From Anaeromyxobacter sp. (lineage in GTDB: Bacteria; Myxococcota; Myxococcia; Myxococcales; Anaeromyxobacteraceae), in contig JASGJN010000009.1 in assembly GCA_049840735.1 (NCBI GenBank), forward strand, positions 1 to 64,000: a stretch of 64,000 nt of DNA. The letters are read 5' to 3'. The notes below the pieces were generated by a model that did not search any database, was not told where the DNA came from, and worked only from the letters and a program-made list of their open reading frames with translations. This document shows positions 32,810 to 42,371 of this stretch, piece by piece. How positions within the stretch are numbered: the first letter of the stretch is position 1; each line of letters opens with the position of its first letter. Both the position numbers and the translations under genes were made by a program.

Positions 32810-33956
32810 TCACGCCGCCTGCGTCTGCTGCGGCGCCGCCGCGCTCGCTCCGCTCGGCCCGGTGGGCCTGCGCCCGGGCTCGGTCCTGTCCGACTCGCGC
32901 CCCTGCGCCATCCCCGCCCGCGTGGAGGTCTGCGAGGTCTGCGGCCACCTGCAGAAGCGGCACGACGAGGCAGACCGGCGCGCCATCGCGGCGCTCTATG
33001 CGGACTACCGGGCCCACCACCTCTCCCGCGGCAACGAGCAGCCCGCCTTCGCGGCCGGGGGAGCGCCCATGCCGCGGACGCAGGTGGCGCTGGAGCGGAT
33101 CCTGCCCCGCCTCCCCGCCCGCGGCCGGCTGCTCGACTTCGGCTGCGGGAACGGGGCCGCGCTCCGCTCCGCCAGCCGGCTGCTCCCGGGCTGGGAGCTG
33201 CATGGCGCCGACCTCGACGCGCAGCACCGCGAGGAGGTGCTGGCCATCCCCGGCGTGGCCCGGTTCCACCCCGGGGCGGTGATCCCGGCCGACGCGGCGG
33301 CGGGCGGATTCGACCTGGTGGTGCTCTGGCACGTGGCCGAGCACCTGACGGCGCCGGTCGAGGTGCTCCGGTCGGTGGGCGGGCTGCTGGCGCCGGACGG
33401 GCTCGTGCTGGTGTCCGTCCCGGACGTCCAGCGGACGGTGTTCGACCTGGCCGTGCTGGACCACGTCTCGCACTTCTCCGTGGCCGGGCTGGGCCGGGTG
33501 CTGGGGCGCGCCGGCTACGCGGTCGTGGAGGACGGGCAGGCCTGGCTGCACAACTGCGCCACGCTGCTCTGCCGGCGGGGAGCGGGTGGTCCGGAGCCGC
33601 GCCTGCTCCCGCCCGGAGATGGCGCCTGGCCCGAGGGGCGCGGCTGCGTCGAGGCGCTGCGATCGGTGACCGAGCGGTTCGAGGCGTGCGCCGCGCGGGG
33701 TCCGTACGCGCTCTTCGGGGTGGGAATGGCCAGCCTCTGGCTGCTGGGGCAGCTCTCGCGCGCGCCGGCCTGCCTGGTCGACGAGGACCCGGCACGCCAG
33801 GGCCAGCGGGTGGGCGGCATCCCGGTGGTCGCGCCGGCCCAGCTGCCCGCCGGCCTGGACCTGCTGCTCCCGTTCGCGCCGCCCACTGCGCGGGCGCTGG
33901 CGGCCCGGCTCGGGCCCGGCCTCCCCGGCCGCGCCCTGGTAGGTCCCGAGGGGTAG
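32802..33956 (+). CDS. SAM methyltransferase with N-terminal Cys cluster (sugar C-methyltransferase-like architecture)
   Basis: CVCC...CEVCGH, LLDFGCGNG, WHVAEH, DHVSHF, C-terminal ALFG.G and VDED...G. Confidence 0.87.
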   Translation: MPDHAACVCCGAAALAPLGPVGLRPGSVLSDSRPCAIPARVEVCEVCGHLQKRHDEADRRAIAALYADYRAHHLSRGNEQPAFAAGGAPMPRTQVALERILPRLPARGRLLDFGCGNGAALRSASRLLPGWELHGADLDAQHREEVLAIPGVARFHPGAVIPADAAAGGFDLVVLWHVAEHLTAPVEVLRSVGGLLAPDGLVLVSVPDVQRTVFDLAVLDHVSHFSVAGLGRVLGRAGYAVVEDGQAWLHNCATLLCRRGAGGPEPRLLPPGDGAWPEGRGCVEALRSVTERFEACAARGPYALFGVGMASLWLLGQLSRAPACLVDEDPARQGQRVGGIPVVAPAQLPAGLDLLLPFAPPTARALAARLGPGLPGRALVGPEG

Positions 33957-34050
33957 CGGCAGCGTCGGGCCTCATGGTCGGGCCCAGGGGAAGCTGCGGC
34001 GCTCCCGAGGCCCGGAGCCGGCTGTCTGCGAACGACGCGCCTGCCGCGGG

Positions 34051-34755
34051 TCAGGCCTGGTAGGCCGAGTCCAGCTGCGCCTCGGCGTACGCCTCGGGCG
34101 AGCCGATGTCGCGGTGGTAGATGGCGTTGTGGAAGGTGCACATCCGGCCGACGTAGCGCGGCAGGAGCTCGGTGGAGACGTCGGGCGCCTCCTTGCCCAG
34201 CGCCGCCAGCGCCTCCACCGCCTCCGGCTCGAGGATGTAGACCGCCCCGTTGGCCAGCCGGCTCCGCGGCGCGCGCGGCTTCTCCTCGAACCCGACCACC
34301 ACGCCCCGGGCGTCCACCTCGACGATGCCGCAGCTCTCCGGCGTGCGGGTCTCGAAGGTCATCATGGTCAGGGCGCAGCCGGCGGGCCGCGTCCGGTGGC
34401 GCGCGAGGAAGGCGGCCACGTCGAAGCGGGTCAGGTTGTCGGCGTGGGCCAGCAGGAACGGCCCGTCCCCGAGCAGCGCGCGGTGGCGGAGCACCGAGCC
34501 CCCCGTCCCCAGCAGCCGGTCCTCGTGCACCAGGTCCACGCGGGCGCGGTGCGGGCTCGACTCCACGAAGCGGACCACCTGCTCGGACAGGTAGTGCGTG
34601 TTCACCACCACCCGGTCGATGCCGCCCTGCGCCAGCAGGTCCAGCCAGTAGGCGAGCAGCGGCCGCCCGCGGATGGGCACCAGGCACTTGGGCACGGTGT
34701 CGGTGAGCGGCCGCAGCCGCAGGCCCATCCCGGCCGCGAGCAGGAGCGCGTTCAC
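34051..34755 (-). CDS. Sugar-1-phosphate nucleotidyltransferase
   Basis: LLAAG.G.RLRPLT...PKCL, NTHYL, LLGTGG, FEEKP, DIGSPE.Y. Confidence 0.93.
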   Translation of the reverse strand: MNALLLAAGMGLRLRPLTDTVPKCLVPIRGRPLLAYWLDLLAQGGIDRVVVNTHYLSEQVVRFVESSPHRARVDLVHEDRLLGTGGSVLRHRALLGDGPFLLAHADNLTRFDVAAFLARHRTRPAGCALTMMTFETRTPESCGIVEVDARGVVVGFEEKPRAPRSRLANGAVYILEPEAVEALAALGKEAPDVSTELLPRYVGRMCTFHNAIYHRDIGSPEAYAEAQLDSAYQA

Positions 34756-36245
34756 CGCGAGAGCTCCCGTGACAGCTCCTCCGGGGAGAGCGGCAGGTTG
34801 CCGACCCGCCCCACCTGCACCGCCGCGGCGATGGAGCCCAGGTAGCTGGCGAGCCAGATGTCGGCGCCGACCGCCAGCGCCATGGAGGCGGTGGTGAGGA
34901 AGGAGTCGCCCGCGCCGGCGGGGTCCTTGGCGGCGGTGTTGAGGGCCGGGAGCCGGTCGGTGGGCCAGCCGCCCGCCGCGCCCTCGCCGGACTGGACCAG
35001 GAGCCCCTCGGCCCCCAGCGTCACCACCACGTTCTCGGCCTCGCTCTTCTGCATCAGCTTCTGGGCCAGGACCACCAGGCCGGAGTCGAAGTCCTGCAGG
35101 GCCAGCCGGGCCTCGCGCTCGGTGGGCGTGACCAGCTTCATGCGCAGGAAGCGGGACACGTCGCCGGTCTGCGAGGAGGACTGGCTGTCGGCGGTCATCA
35201 TCACGCCGCGGCGGGCGCAGGCGTCCCGGATCCCGTCCACCAGGCCGGAGGGGAGGCAGCCGTAGTTGAAGTCGGCGAAGATCACCAGGTCGGTCCGGTC
35301 CAGCACCGAGGTGACGTCGGCCAGCAGCCGCTCCCGCAGCTCGGCGGAGACGTCGTGCTGGCGGAGGTGGCTGACCCGCAGCAGCGTCTTGCCGGCGGCC
35401 CGGAAGCGCTGCTTGAGCGTGGTCGGCCGGGTGTCGTCCTCGTGGAGGTGGGCGTCCACGCCGTACTCGCCCAGGCGCTGGCGGACGAAACCCGCCGCGT
35501 CGTCCTTCCCCAGCACCGAGAAGAACTCGACCTTGCCGCCCAGCCGGCGCGCGTGCGCGGCCACGATCCCGGCTCCGCCCACGAACCGGTCGGACTGGAT
35601 GGGCGTCACCACGATGGTAGGGTCCTCCTGCGACATGCCCAGCGGATCGCAGGACACGTACTCGTCCACGATGGTGTCGCCGATGACCGCCACGCGGAGG
35701 TTGCGGATCCGGTCCAGCGCGGCCAGCGCCGCCGCCGGGGTGATCCCGTGGCGGGCCAGGTAGCTCTTGGGCTGGCGGATGGTGGAGCCCACGCCGCGCG
35801 ACTCCTGGCGGAGCAGCTCCAGGGAGGAGAAGGAGACGTCGCCCGAGCCGAAGCGGAGCTTGCCGCCGTAGCCGGCGACCGCGGCCTCCTCCTCGTTGTG
35901 CGCCTCCTCGTGCTCCTTGCCCTTGACCACCACGGCGGGCTTGAGGCCGGTCACGAAGTCGGCGGGCCGGTCCCGCAGCACGAAGGCGTGGTCCACCCAG
36001 TGGATGGCCTGCACGCCCTCCAGCCGGTGCTCCTCCTGGAGGAAGGCGCCGGGCGAGCGGGCGTCGTTCACGCCCACCACCAGGTAGTCGCCGCACTCCT
36101 TGGCGAAGCGGAGGAGGCGCAGGTGGCCGGGGTGGAGGACGTTGAAGTTGCCCGAGACGAAGACCACGCGCTTGCCGCAGGCGACGGCGCCGACGTGGGC
36201 GATCGTCTGCGAGGAGGCGGGGTCGAGGGCGGCGGCAGCGGTCAT
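34752..36245 (-). CDS. Bifunctional cytidylyltransferase-fold plus PfkB kinase (HldE-like, reversed domain order)
   Basis: GNFNVLHPGH N-domain; IGDTIVDEY, GGAG.VA, TPTEREAR, DPAGAGD C-domain. Confidence 0.92.
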   Translation of the reverse strand: MTAAAALDPASSQTIAHVGAVACGKRVVFVSGNFNVLHPGHLRLLRFAKECGDYLVVGVNDARSPGAFLQEEHRLEGVQAIHWVDHAFVLRDRPADFVTGLKPAVVVKGKEHEEAHNEEEAAVAGYGGKLRFGSGDVSFSSLELLRQESRGVGSTIRQPKSYLARHGITPAAALAALDRIRNLRVAVIGDTIVDEYVSCDPLGMSQEDPTIVVTPIQSDRFVGGAGIVAAHARRLGGKVEFFSVLGKDDAAGFVRQRLGEYGVDAHLHEDDTRPTTLKQRFRAAGKTLLRVSHLRQHDVSAELRERLLADVTSVLDRTDLVIFADFNYGCLPSGLVDGIRDACARRGVMMTADSQSSSQTGDVSRFLRMKLVTPTEREARLALQDFDSGLVVLAQKLMQKSEAENVVVTLGAEGLLVQSGEGAAGGWPTDRLPALNTAAKDPAGAGDSFLTTASMALAVGADIWLASYLGSIAAAVQVGRVGNLPLSPEELSRELSR

Positions 36246-37321
36246 GGCGCCTCCGTGCGGAGATCGATCAGGCAGCGGCCGGCCACGGCGCCGGAGCGCA
36301 GCGCGGCGATGGCCTGGTTCACCTGGGAGAGGGGGAAGACGTCGGTGACCAGCGGCTCCAGCACCAGCTTGCCGGCGGCGGCCAGCCGCAGGTAGCGGGG
36401 GATGTCCTCGCCCGGCTGCGTCCCGCCGCCGTGCGAGCCGGTCAGGACCTTGCCGAAGTGGAGCGGCAGGGTGTGGAGGGTGGTGGCCGCCTCCGCCCTG
36501 GGCACGCCCACCAGCACCACGCGTCCCTGCGCGTGGGTCAGGCGGTAGGCGATCGCGATCAGCGCGGGGAGGCCGGTGTTGTCGATGACCACGTCGGCGC
36601 CGCGCCCTCCCAGCGCGGCGCGCAGGGTGGCCTCCAGCGCCTCGGGCGCGAGGCCGGCCGAGGCGACGGTGTGGGTCGCGCCCAGGCGCGCGGCCAGGGC
36701 CAGGCGGGAGGGGTGGAGGTCCACGCCGACGACGGGGTGGGCGCCGGCGAGCGCCGCGCCCTGGATCATGTTGAGCCCCACGCCGCCGGCGCCCAGGATC
36801 ACCACCGCGTCGCCGGGGCGGACCTGGGCGTCGTTCACCACCGCGCCCATGCCGGTGGTCACCGCGCAGCCCAGCAGCGCGGCCACCCGCCCGTCCACGC
36901 CGTCCGGGATGGCGGTGACGCGGTTCTCCGAGACCACCGCCCAGGTGTTGAAGGTGGTCACCCAGCCGGCGTTCAGCTGCTGGCCGCGCCAACCGTAGCG
37001 GGCTGGCTCGGCGTCGATGCCCGGCCCCTTCATCCAGTGGAGCACCACGTGGTCGCCCGGCTTCACGTGGCGGACGCCGGGGCCGATCTCCACCACGCGC
37101 CCCGAGCCCTCGTGGCCGAGCAGGTGGGGGAGGAACCGGTCCGGCCCCTTGGCGCCGTCGATCTCGCCCAGCTGCGAGCCGCAGATGCCGCTCCAGGCCA
37201 GGCGCACCAGCACCTGGCCGGGCGCCAGCGCCTCGGGGAGCGTGACCTCGTCCACCACCAGCGGCTCGCGCTGCGCGACGAGGAAGGCGGCGGTGGCGGT
37301 CCGGGGGCGGGGCTCGGTCAT
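36242..37321 (-). CDS. Zinc-binding MDR dehydrogenase
   Basis: SGICGSQ, LGHEG.G, LLGCAVTTG, GAGGVG; lacks the structural-Zn Cys cluster. Confidence 0.92.
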   Translation of the reverse strand: MTEPRPRTATAAFLVAQREPLVVDEVTLPEALAPGQVLVRLAWSGICGSQLGEIDGAKGPDRFLPHLLGHEGSGRVVEIGPGVRHVKPGDHVVLHWMKGPGIDAEPARYGWRGQQLNAGWVTTFNTWAVVSENRVTAIPDGVDGRVAALLGCAVTTGMGAVVNDAQVRPGDAVVILGAGGVGLNMIQGAALAGAHPVVGVDLHPSRLALAARLGATHTVASAGLAPEALEATLRAALGGRGADVVIDNTGLPALIAIAYRLTHAQGRVVLVGVPRAEAATTLHTLPLHFGKVLTGSHGGGTQPGEDIPRYLRLAAAGKLVLEPLVTDVFPLSQVNQAIAALRSGAVAGRCLIDLRTEAP

Positions 37322-37326
37322 GGCGG

Positions 37327-37989
37327 CTACTCGAAGAAGATGAAGCCGTGGTCGCCGGTGTAGCCGGTGCGCTCGAACCACCAGGCCCACTCCTGCGGCG
37401 TGTTGAAGGCCTCGCAGGTGAGCTGCCAGTAGAGGAGGTTCGCCTTCTCCTCCTCGTTCCGGTAGGACTCGACGCAGACGAAGCCGCGCCCGCGCCCGAC
37501 CCGCTGCAGCTCGCGGAGCGCCTGGTCGAGCTCGTGGCAGTAGAGGTTGTGGAGCGTGTTGATGGAGACCACCAGGTCGAACGCGCCGTCGGCGTAGGGC
37601 AGGTGGCTGGCGTGCCCGACGTCGAGGAAGGGGCGGACCTCGGGGACCGCGTTCTCGACCGCGTAGGCGGAGACGTCCAGCCCGCGCACCACCAGCCCCG
37701 GGACCGCCTGCGCCAGGTCGTGCAGCAGGAAGCCCTTCCCGCAGCCCACGTCCAGCACCCGGTCGCCGGCCTGGAGGCCGTAGTGGGCGGCCATCCTCTC
37801 CGCCACCGGGCGCCAGCGGCCGTCGTAGCGCATGCCGCCGTAGCCGACCCGCCGGTCGCCGTCCCAGTAGTCGCGGTCGAAGCGCTTGGCGATGCGGGCC
37901 GCCTCGGCCTTGGGGAACTCGTTCACCCGCCCCAGGTAGTCGCGCTTGGTCTTCTTGTGCAGCACGGAGATGAAGTCGAGCTCGGCCAT
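37327..37989 (-). CDS. Class I SAM-dependent methyltransferase
   Basis: DYWDGDRR.GYGG, VLDVGCGKGFL, FDLVVSINTLHNL. Confidence 0.92.
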   Translation of the reverse strand: MAELDFISVLHKKTKRDYLGRVNEFPKAEAARIAKRFDRDYWDGDRRVGYGGMRYDGRWRPVAERMAAHYGLQAGDRVLDVGCGKGFLLHDLAQAVPGLVVRGLDVSAYAVENAVPEVRPFLDVGHASHLPYADGAFDLVVSINTLHNLYCHELDQALRELQRVGRGRGFVCVESYRNEEEKANLLYWQLTCEAFNTPQEWAWWFERTGYTGDHGFIFFE

Positions 37990-37993
37990 GGCG

Positions 37994-39010
37994 TCACGCT
38001 CCCTCGACGGTCCGCAGCAGCGCGCGGGCCCGCTCCAGCTGGGCGGCCCGGCGCTGCGGCGCCCCGGCGGCGGCGAAGGCCCGGCGGGCCCCGTCCACCG
38101 CGGTGAAGTGGTTCAGCAGGATGCAGCACCACTTGATCCCCAGCGCCGGGCGGAGCAGCGCCGTCCGGGCCAGGGCGCCCTCCGGGTCCCGCACCAGCGC
38201 GGCCACGCCGCGGGCGAAGGCGGCGAAGGTGTCCGCCGGCGCCGGGACGGCGGGCTGGAAGTAGAAGTCGTTCACGAGCTTGGCGGGATCGTCCCAGCCG
38301 GCGTACTCGAAGTCGAGGAAGGCCAGGCGACCGCCCTCCTGCCTGAGCGCGTTGTGGAACCCGAAGTCGGACGGGGAGAGGACGCGGTCGGCCTCGCCCA
38401 GCGGCTCGGCCCAGCCCGGCGCGGCCGCCAGCCCGGCCTCGGCCGCGGCGCGGACGCGGCGCCAGGCGGGGACGAGCGCCGCGGCCACGAAGCCTGCCGC
38501 CTCGGCGCTGGCGTCGTCCTTCACCGGCAGGCCCTCCAGCCGGGCCACCCGGGCGGCGACCCGCGCCAGGTGCTCGCGGACGCTGAAGCAGGCCTCGGCG
38601 GCCGGGCGGAGCGAGGCGGCGGACGCCCGCACGCGCCGGTCCAGCTCGACCAGGAAGCCGAGCGCCTGCGCCACGTCGTCCGCGCCCGCCTCGCCGGGCA
38701 GCAGACGGCGGCCGGGGACGAACGCGTAGACGGCCGCGCCGGCCCCGTCGTCGCGCCCCACCGGCTCGGGGATGTTGCGCAGGCCGCCGTCCCAGGCCAG
38801 CCGCAGGAAGGAGAACTCCGCCTGGAGCCGGTCGTGGGGCTGCGCCGGGTGGCGGAAGTAGTGCTTGAGCACGCAGCGGCGGCCGGGCGCGTCCAGCAGG
38901 TAGAGCCGGTTGTTCCCCCCGCCGGGCAACGGCGCCAGCCCGGCCTCGGCCGGGACCAGGCCCGGGAGGCAGCGGGCGGCCAGCGCGGCCGGGGAGGGCG
39001 AGGCGCTCAC
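37994..39010 (-). CDS. Aminoglycoside-phosphotransferase/choline-kinase-fold kinase
   Basis: GGGNNRLY, LK.YF, SPSDFGFHN, FLDFEYAGWDDP. Confidence 0.88.
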   Translation of the reverse strand: MSASPSPAALAARCLPGLVPAEAGLAPLPGGGNNRLYLLDAPGRRCVLKHYFRHPAQPHDRLQAEFSFLRLAWDGGLRNIPEPVGRDDGAGAAVYAFVPGRRLLPGEAGADDVAQALGFLVELDRRVRASAASLRPAAEACFSVREHLARVAARVARLEGLPVKDDASAEAAGFVAAALVPAWRRVRAAAEAGLAAAPGWAEPLGEADRVLSPSDFGFHNALRQEGGRLAFLDFEYAGWDDPAKLVNDFYFQPAVPAPADTFAAFARGVAALVRDPEGALARTALLRPALGIKWCCILLNHFTAVDGARRAFAAAGAPQRRAAQLERARALLRTVEGA

Positions 39011-39634
39011 GCGACCTCCCTCGCCGCGAAGCCGAGCAGGGCCGGCAGCTCGGCCCACCCGCGCACGCGGGTCAGCGCGGCAGCGGGGCTGGCGGCGCCG
39101 GGGGCGAAGTGGAGGCGGCGGGTGGCGGCCGGGAACCCGGGGGCGAGCAGCACCTCCGGCAGGTCGTCGAGGAAGTGGGTGCAGCCGGCGGCCGCGATGG
39201 CCGCGAGCTTGGCCTCGCGCGTCTCGGCGAAGATCACGTCCTCCGGGCGCAGCCCCACCCCGGCCGGATTCGAGCAGGCCGTGCGCCTGGAGCCATCCAA
39301 GGGCGGCGGCGTGCAGATCGGCCCGGGGCCCGCGGAAGGGCCAGCGCGTCTTGTGGCTGATGATGCGGACCGGCACGCCGTCGCGCACCAGGCCCGCCAG
39401 GATCCGCAGCGCGTCCTCGAAGGGCCGGGCCTCGCCGATCCGGGCGCCGTACACCAGCCCCTGCAGCTCGGTCCAGTCGTCCTCGCGCCCGGCGGTCCGC
39501 AGGTGATCGCGCACCGCCTCCTTGCTGGCCGGCACGGCGGCGGGGACGAGGCCGCGCTCGACGGCGATCCGGTGGAACACGCCGTCGTAGCAGATGAGCG
39601 TGTTGTCGAAGTCGACGCCGAGGCGGAGGCTCAC
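39007..39634 (-). CDS. HAD-superfamily hydrolase; apparent frameshift near 39269
   Basis: GVDFDNT, ISHKT, then K and FLDDLPE in the 39007..39300 frame. Confidence 0.87.
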
Positions 39635-40587
39635 GGCCGGCCTCCCGCGCGCACCGCGGTCGGGCCGGGGCGGTCGAGCGCGGCGGCCACGCCGGCCACC
39701 ACGCCGGCGGCGGTGAGCCCCAGCGCCTGGCGCGCCCACTCCTGCGTCCCGACCTGCCCGAGGAAGCGGTCGTCGGTGCCGAAGCGGAGCAGCCGGAACG
39801 GCGCCTGGTGGTCGGCGGCCCACTCGGCCACCGCGCCGCCCAGGCCGCCGATGCGCGAGTGCTCCTCGACCGTGGCCACCACCGGGCAGCGGCCGGCCAG
39901 CCCTTGCAGCAGCCCCTCGTCGAGCGGCTTCACGGTGTGGACGCTCTCGACGCGGGCGGAGACGCCGCGCGCCTCGAGCGCCGCGGCGGCCTCCAGCGCC
40001 AGCCCCACCGCGCCGCCGGTGGCGAGCAGGCAGGCGTCGTCGCCGGGGCGGAGGGTGAGGGCCTTGCCCAGCTGGAAGTCCGGCTCGCCGGCGTGGAGCC
40101 GCGGCTCGCCCTTCTTGCCCAGGCGCAGGTAGACCGGGCCGTCGTGGCGGAGCGCGGCGCGCAGCGCCAGCCGGACCTCGACCGGATCGCAGGGGCAGAC
40201 CACGGTCATGTTCGGCAGCGTCCGCAGCAGCCCCACCTCCTCGCAGGAGTGGTGGGTGGGGCCGAGCTCGGCGTAGGAGAGGCCCGAGCCGGTCCCGACG
40301 ATCACCACCGGCAGCCGCGGGTAGCAGAGGTCCACCCGGATCTGCTCCAGGCAGCGGACGGTGGCGAAGGCGGTGATGGTGTAGGTGACCGGCCTGAGCC
40401 CCATGGCGGCCAGCCCGGCGGCGGTGCCGGTCATGCTGGCCTCGGCCACGCCGCTGTTCAGGAAGCGGCCCGGGGCCACCTGCTTCAGCTCGTCGAAGAG
40501 CCGGTTGCCGATGTCGCCGGAGAGGCAGACGACCCGCGGGTCCTCCGCGGCCAGCCGGGTCAGCTCGCGGGCGAAGGTGTTGCGCAT
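39631..40587 (-). CDS. Transketolase, C-terminal (pyrimidine-binding) subunit
   Basis: RFLNSGVAE, EQIRVD, GPTHHS.E, PVYLRLGK, HTVKPLD, VEEHS.IGGLG. Confidence 0.94.
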   Translation of the reverse strand: MRNTFARELTRLAAEDPRVVCLSGDIGNRLFDELKQVAPGRFLNSGVAEASMTGTAAGLAAMGLRPVTYTITAFATVRCLEQIRVDLCYPRLPVVIVGTGSGLSYAELGPTHHSCEEVGLLRTLPNMTVVCPCDPVEVRLALRAALRHDGPVYLRLGKKGEPRLHAGEPDFQLGKALTLRPGDDACLLATGGAVGLALEAAAALEARGVSARVESVHTVKPLDEGLLQGLAGRCPVVATVEEHSRIGGLGGAVAEWAADHQAPFRLLRFGTDDRFLGQVGTQEWARQALGLTAAGVVAGVAAALDRPGPTAVRAGGRP

Positions 40588-41414
40588 CACGCCACCCCCA
40601 GCTCGCGCTTCGCCCGGGCGATCTCGTCGGGCGTGGGCGTGCGGTAGTGCCAGTTGTTGTCGTCCTCCATGAACGACACGCCCTTGCCCTTCACCGTGCG
40701 GGCGATGAGCGCGCGGGGGCGGCCGCTGCCGTCGGCGGGGCGGGACAGGGCCTGGAGCAGGGCGGGCAGGTCGTGGCCGTCCACGGGGGCGGCGTCCCAG
40801 CCGAAGGCGGCCCACTTCTCCACCAGCGGATCCAGCGCCAGCACCTCGCGGCTGCGGCCGGTGGCCTGCCAGCCGTTGAAGTCCACCACCGCCGTGAGCG
40901 ACCCGAGCCGCTGGGCGGCGGCGGTCATGGCCGCCTCCCAGACCGAGCCCTCGTTGCACTCGCCGTCGCCGAGCAGCACGTAGGTGCGGGACGGGAGCCC
41001 CAGCAGCCGGGCGCCGTAGGCCATGCCCACCCCGACCGGCAGGCCGTGGCCGAGGGAGCCGGTCGCCGCCTCGACGCCGGGGACGCCGTGCGCGGGCGGG
41101 TGCTCGCCCAGCAGCGTGCCGTCGGCGCCGTAGTCCTCCAGCCACGCGGCCGGGAAGAAGCCCTGCGCGGCCAGCACCTGGAAGAGCGCCGGGGCGGCGT
41201 GCCCCTTGGAGAGGATGAACCGGTCGCGGGCCGGGTCGTCCGGGCGCGCCGGGTCCACCCGCAGCACGGCGCCGTAGAGCGCCACCAGCACGTCCACGCA
41301 GGAGAGGCAGGAGCCGAGGTGCGGGACCCCGGCGCGGCCGGAGGTCTCCACCACCGCGGCCCGGAGCCGGGCGGCCAGGGCCGTGAGGTCGGAGGCGGCG
41401 GCGGGGGTGCGCAT
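40587..41414 (-). CDS. Transketolase, N-terminal (ThDP-binding) subunit
   Basis: HLGSCLS, DRFILSKGH, TGSLGHG, GDGECNEG, TVKGKG, WHY. Confidence 0.94.
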   Translation of the reverse strand: MRTPAAASDLTALAARLRAAVVETSGRAGVPHLGSCLSCVDVLVALYGAVLRVDPARPDDPARDRFILSKGHAAPALFQVLAAQGFFPAAWLEDYGADGTLLGEHPPAHGVPGVEAATGSLGHGLPVGVGMAYGARLLGLPSRTYVLLGDGECNEGSVWEAAMTAAAQRLGSLTAVVDFNGWQATGRSREVLALDPLVEKWAAFGWDAAPVDGHDLPALLQALSRPADGSGRPRALIARTVKGKGVSFMEDDNNWHYRTPTPDEIARAKRELGVA

Positions 41415-41417
41415 GGC

Positions 41418-42359
41418 TCAGGCCAGGCCCTGCTGCTTCATGGCCTTCACGTTGTGGCAGTCGTCGGCGATGCGCAGCGCGCCGGCGCGGTAGGCGGCGA
41501 CCACCTCCTGGATGGCGTCCCGCACCGTGTGGCGCGGCGCGAAGCCGGTGGCCAGCAGCTTGTCCGAGTTGAGCCGGTAGGAGCGCGGGTCGTTGGAGGG
41601 GGAGACCACCACCTCGGCGGGGACGAACTCGGTCACGGTCCGGGCGATCTCGTTGATGGAGAGGTTCTCGAACCCGGCGTTGTAGATCCCGGTGGCCCGC
41701 GGCCCCGCTGCCAGCAGGTGCTGGTAGACGCGGACCATGTCGCGCAGGGTGATGTTGGGGCGGATCTGGTCGCCGCCGAAGACGGTGATGCGCTGGTTCT
41801 GCAGCGCCTGGACGGTGAGCATGTTGACCGACAGGTCGAGGCGCATGCGCGGCGAGACCCCGCACACCGTGGCCGGGCGGACGATCTGCAGCGTGATGCG
41901 GTCGGCGTAGCTGAGCAGCACGCGCTCGCTGACCATCTTGGTCTTGTTGTAGTCGCTGATGGGGACCAGCGAGAGGTCCTCCGTCACCTGCGGCTCCTGC
42001 TTCACGCCGTAGACGCTGCCGGAGCTGGCGTGGATGAACTGGCGCACGCCGCTGCGGATGGCGTGCTCCACCAGCGCCATGGTGGCGAGCGCGTTCACCT
42101 CCCAGGAGAGCTTGGGGTTGAGCTCGCTGCAGGGGTCGTTGGCCACGTTGGCGAGGTGCAGCACGGCGTCCACGCCGCGCAGCGGGATCCGCTCCGCCTC
42201 GCGGACGTCCAGGCGCAGGACCTCCAGCGCGGGGTGGGGCGTGAGGTGGTTGCCGAACCACTGGGCGTCCACCACGGTCACGCGGTGGCCGTCGGCCAGC
42301 AGGGCCTCGGTGAGCTTGGTGCCGATGTAGCCGCAGCCGCCGGTCAGGACGAGGTTCAT
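41418..42359 (-). CDS. NAD-dependent epimerase/dehydratase (extended SDR)
   Basis: TGGCGYIG, ASSGSVYG, YNKTK, RPATVCG.SPRMRLDL. Confidence 0.93.
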   Translation of the reverse strand: MNLVLTGGCGYIGTKLTEALLADGHRVTVVDAQWFGNHLTPHPALEVLRLDVREAERIPLRGVDAVLHLANVANDPCSELNPKLSWEVNALATMALVEHAIRSGVRQFIHASSGSVYGVKQEPQVTEDLSLVPISDYNKTKMVSERVLLSYADRITLQIVRPATVCGVSPRMRLDLSVNMLTVQALQNQRITVFGGDQIRPNITLRDMVRVYQHLLAAGPRATGIYNAGFENLSINEIARTVTEFVPAEVVVSPSNDPRSYRLNSDKLLATGFAPRHTVRDAIQEVVAAYRAGALRIADDCHNVKAMKQQGLA

Positions 42360-42371
42360 GTGCGTGGGTTC

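Noticed and set aside
31997..39010. AAC(3)- and APH-like genes as acquired antibiotic resistance
   Set aside because: Both are tightly coupled within sugar-biosynthesis operons, have host-like GC content and lack a mobile context.
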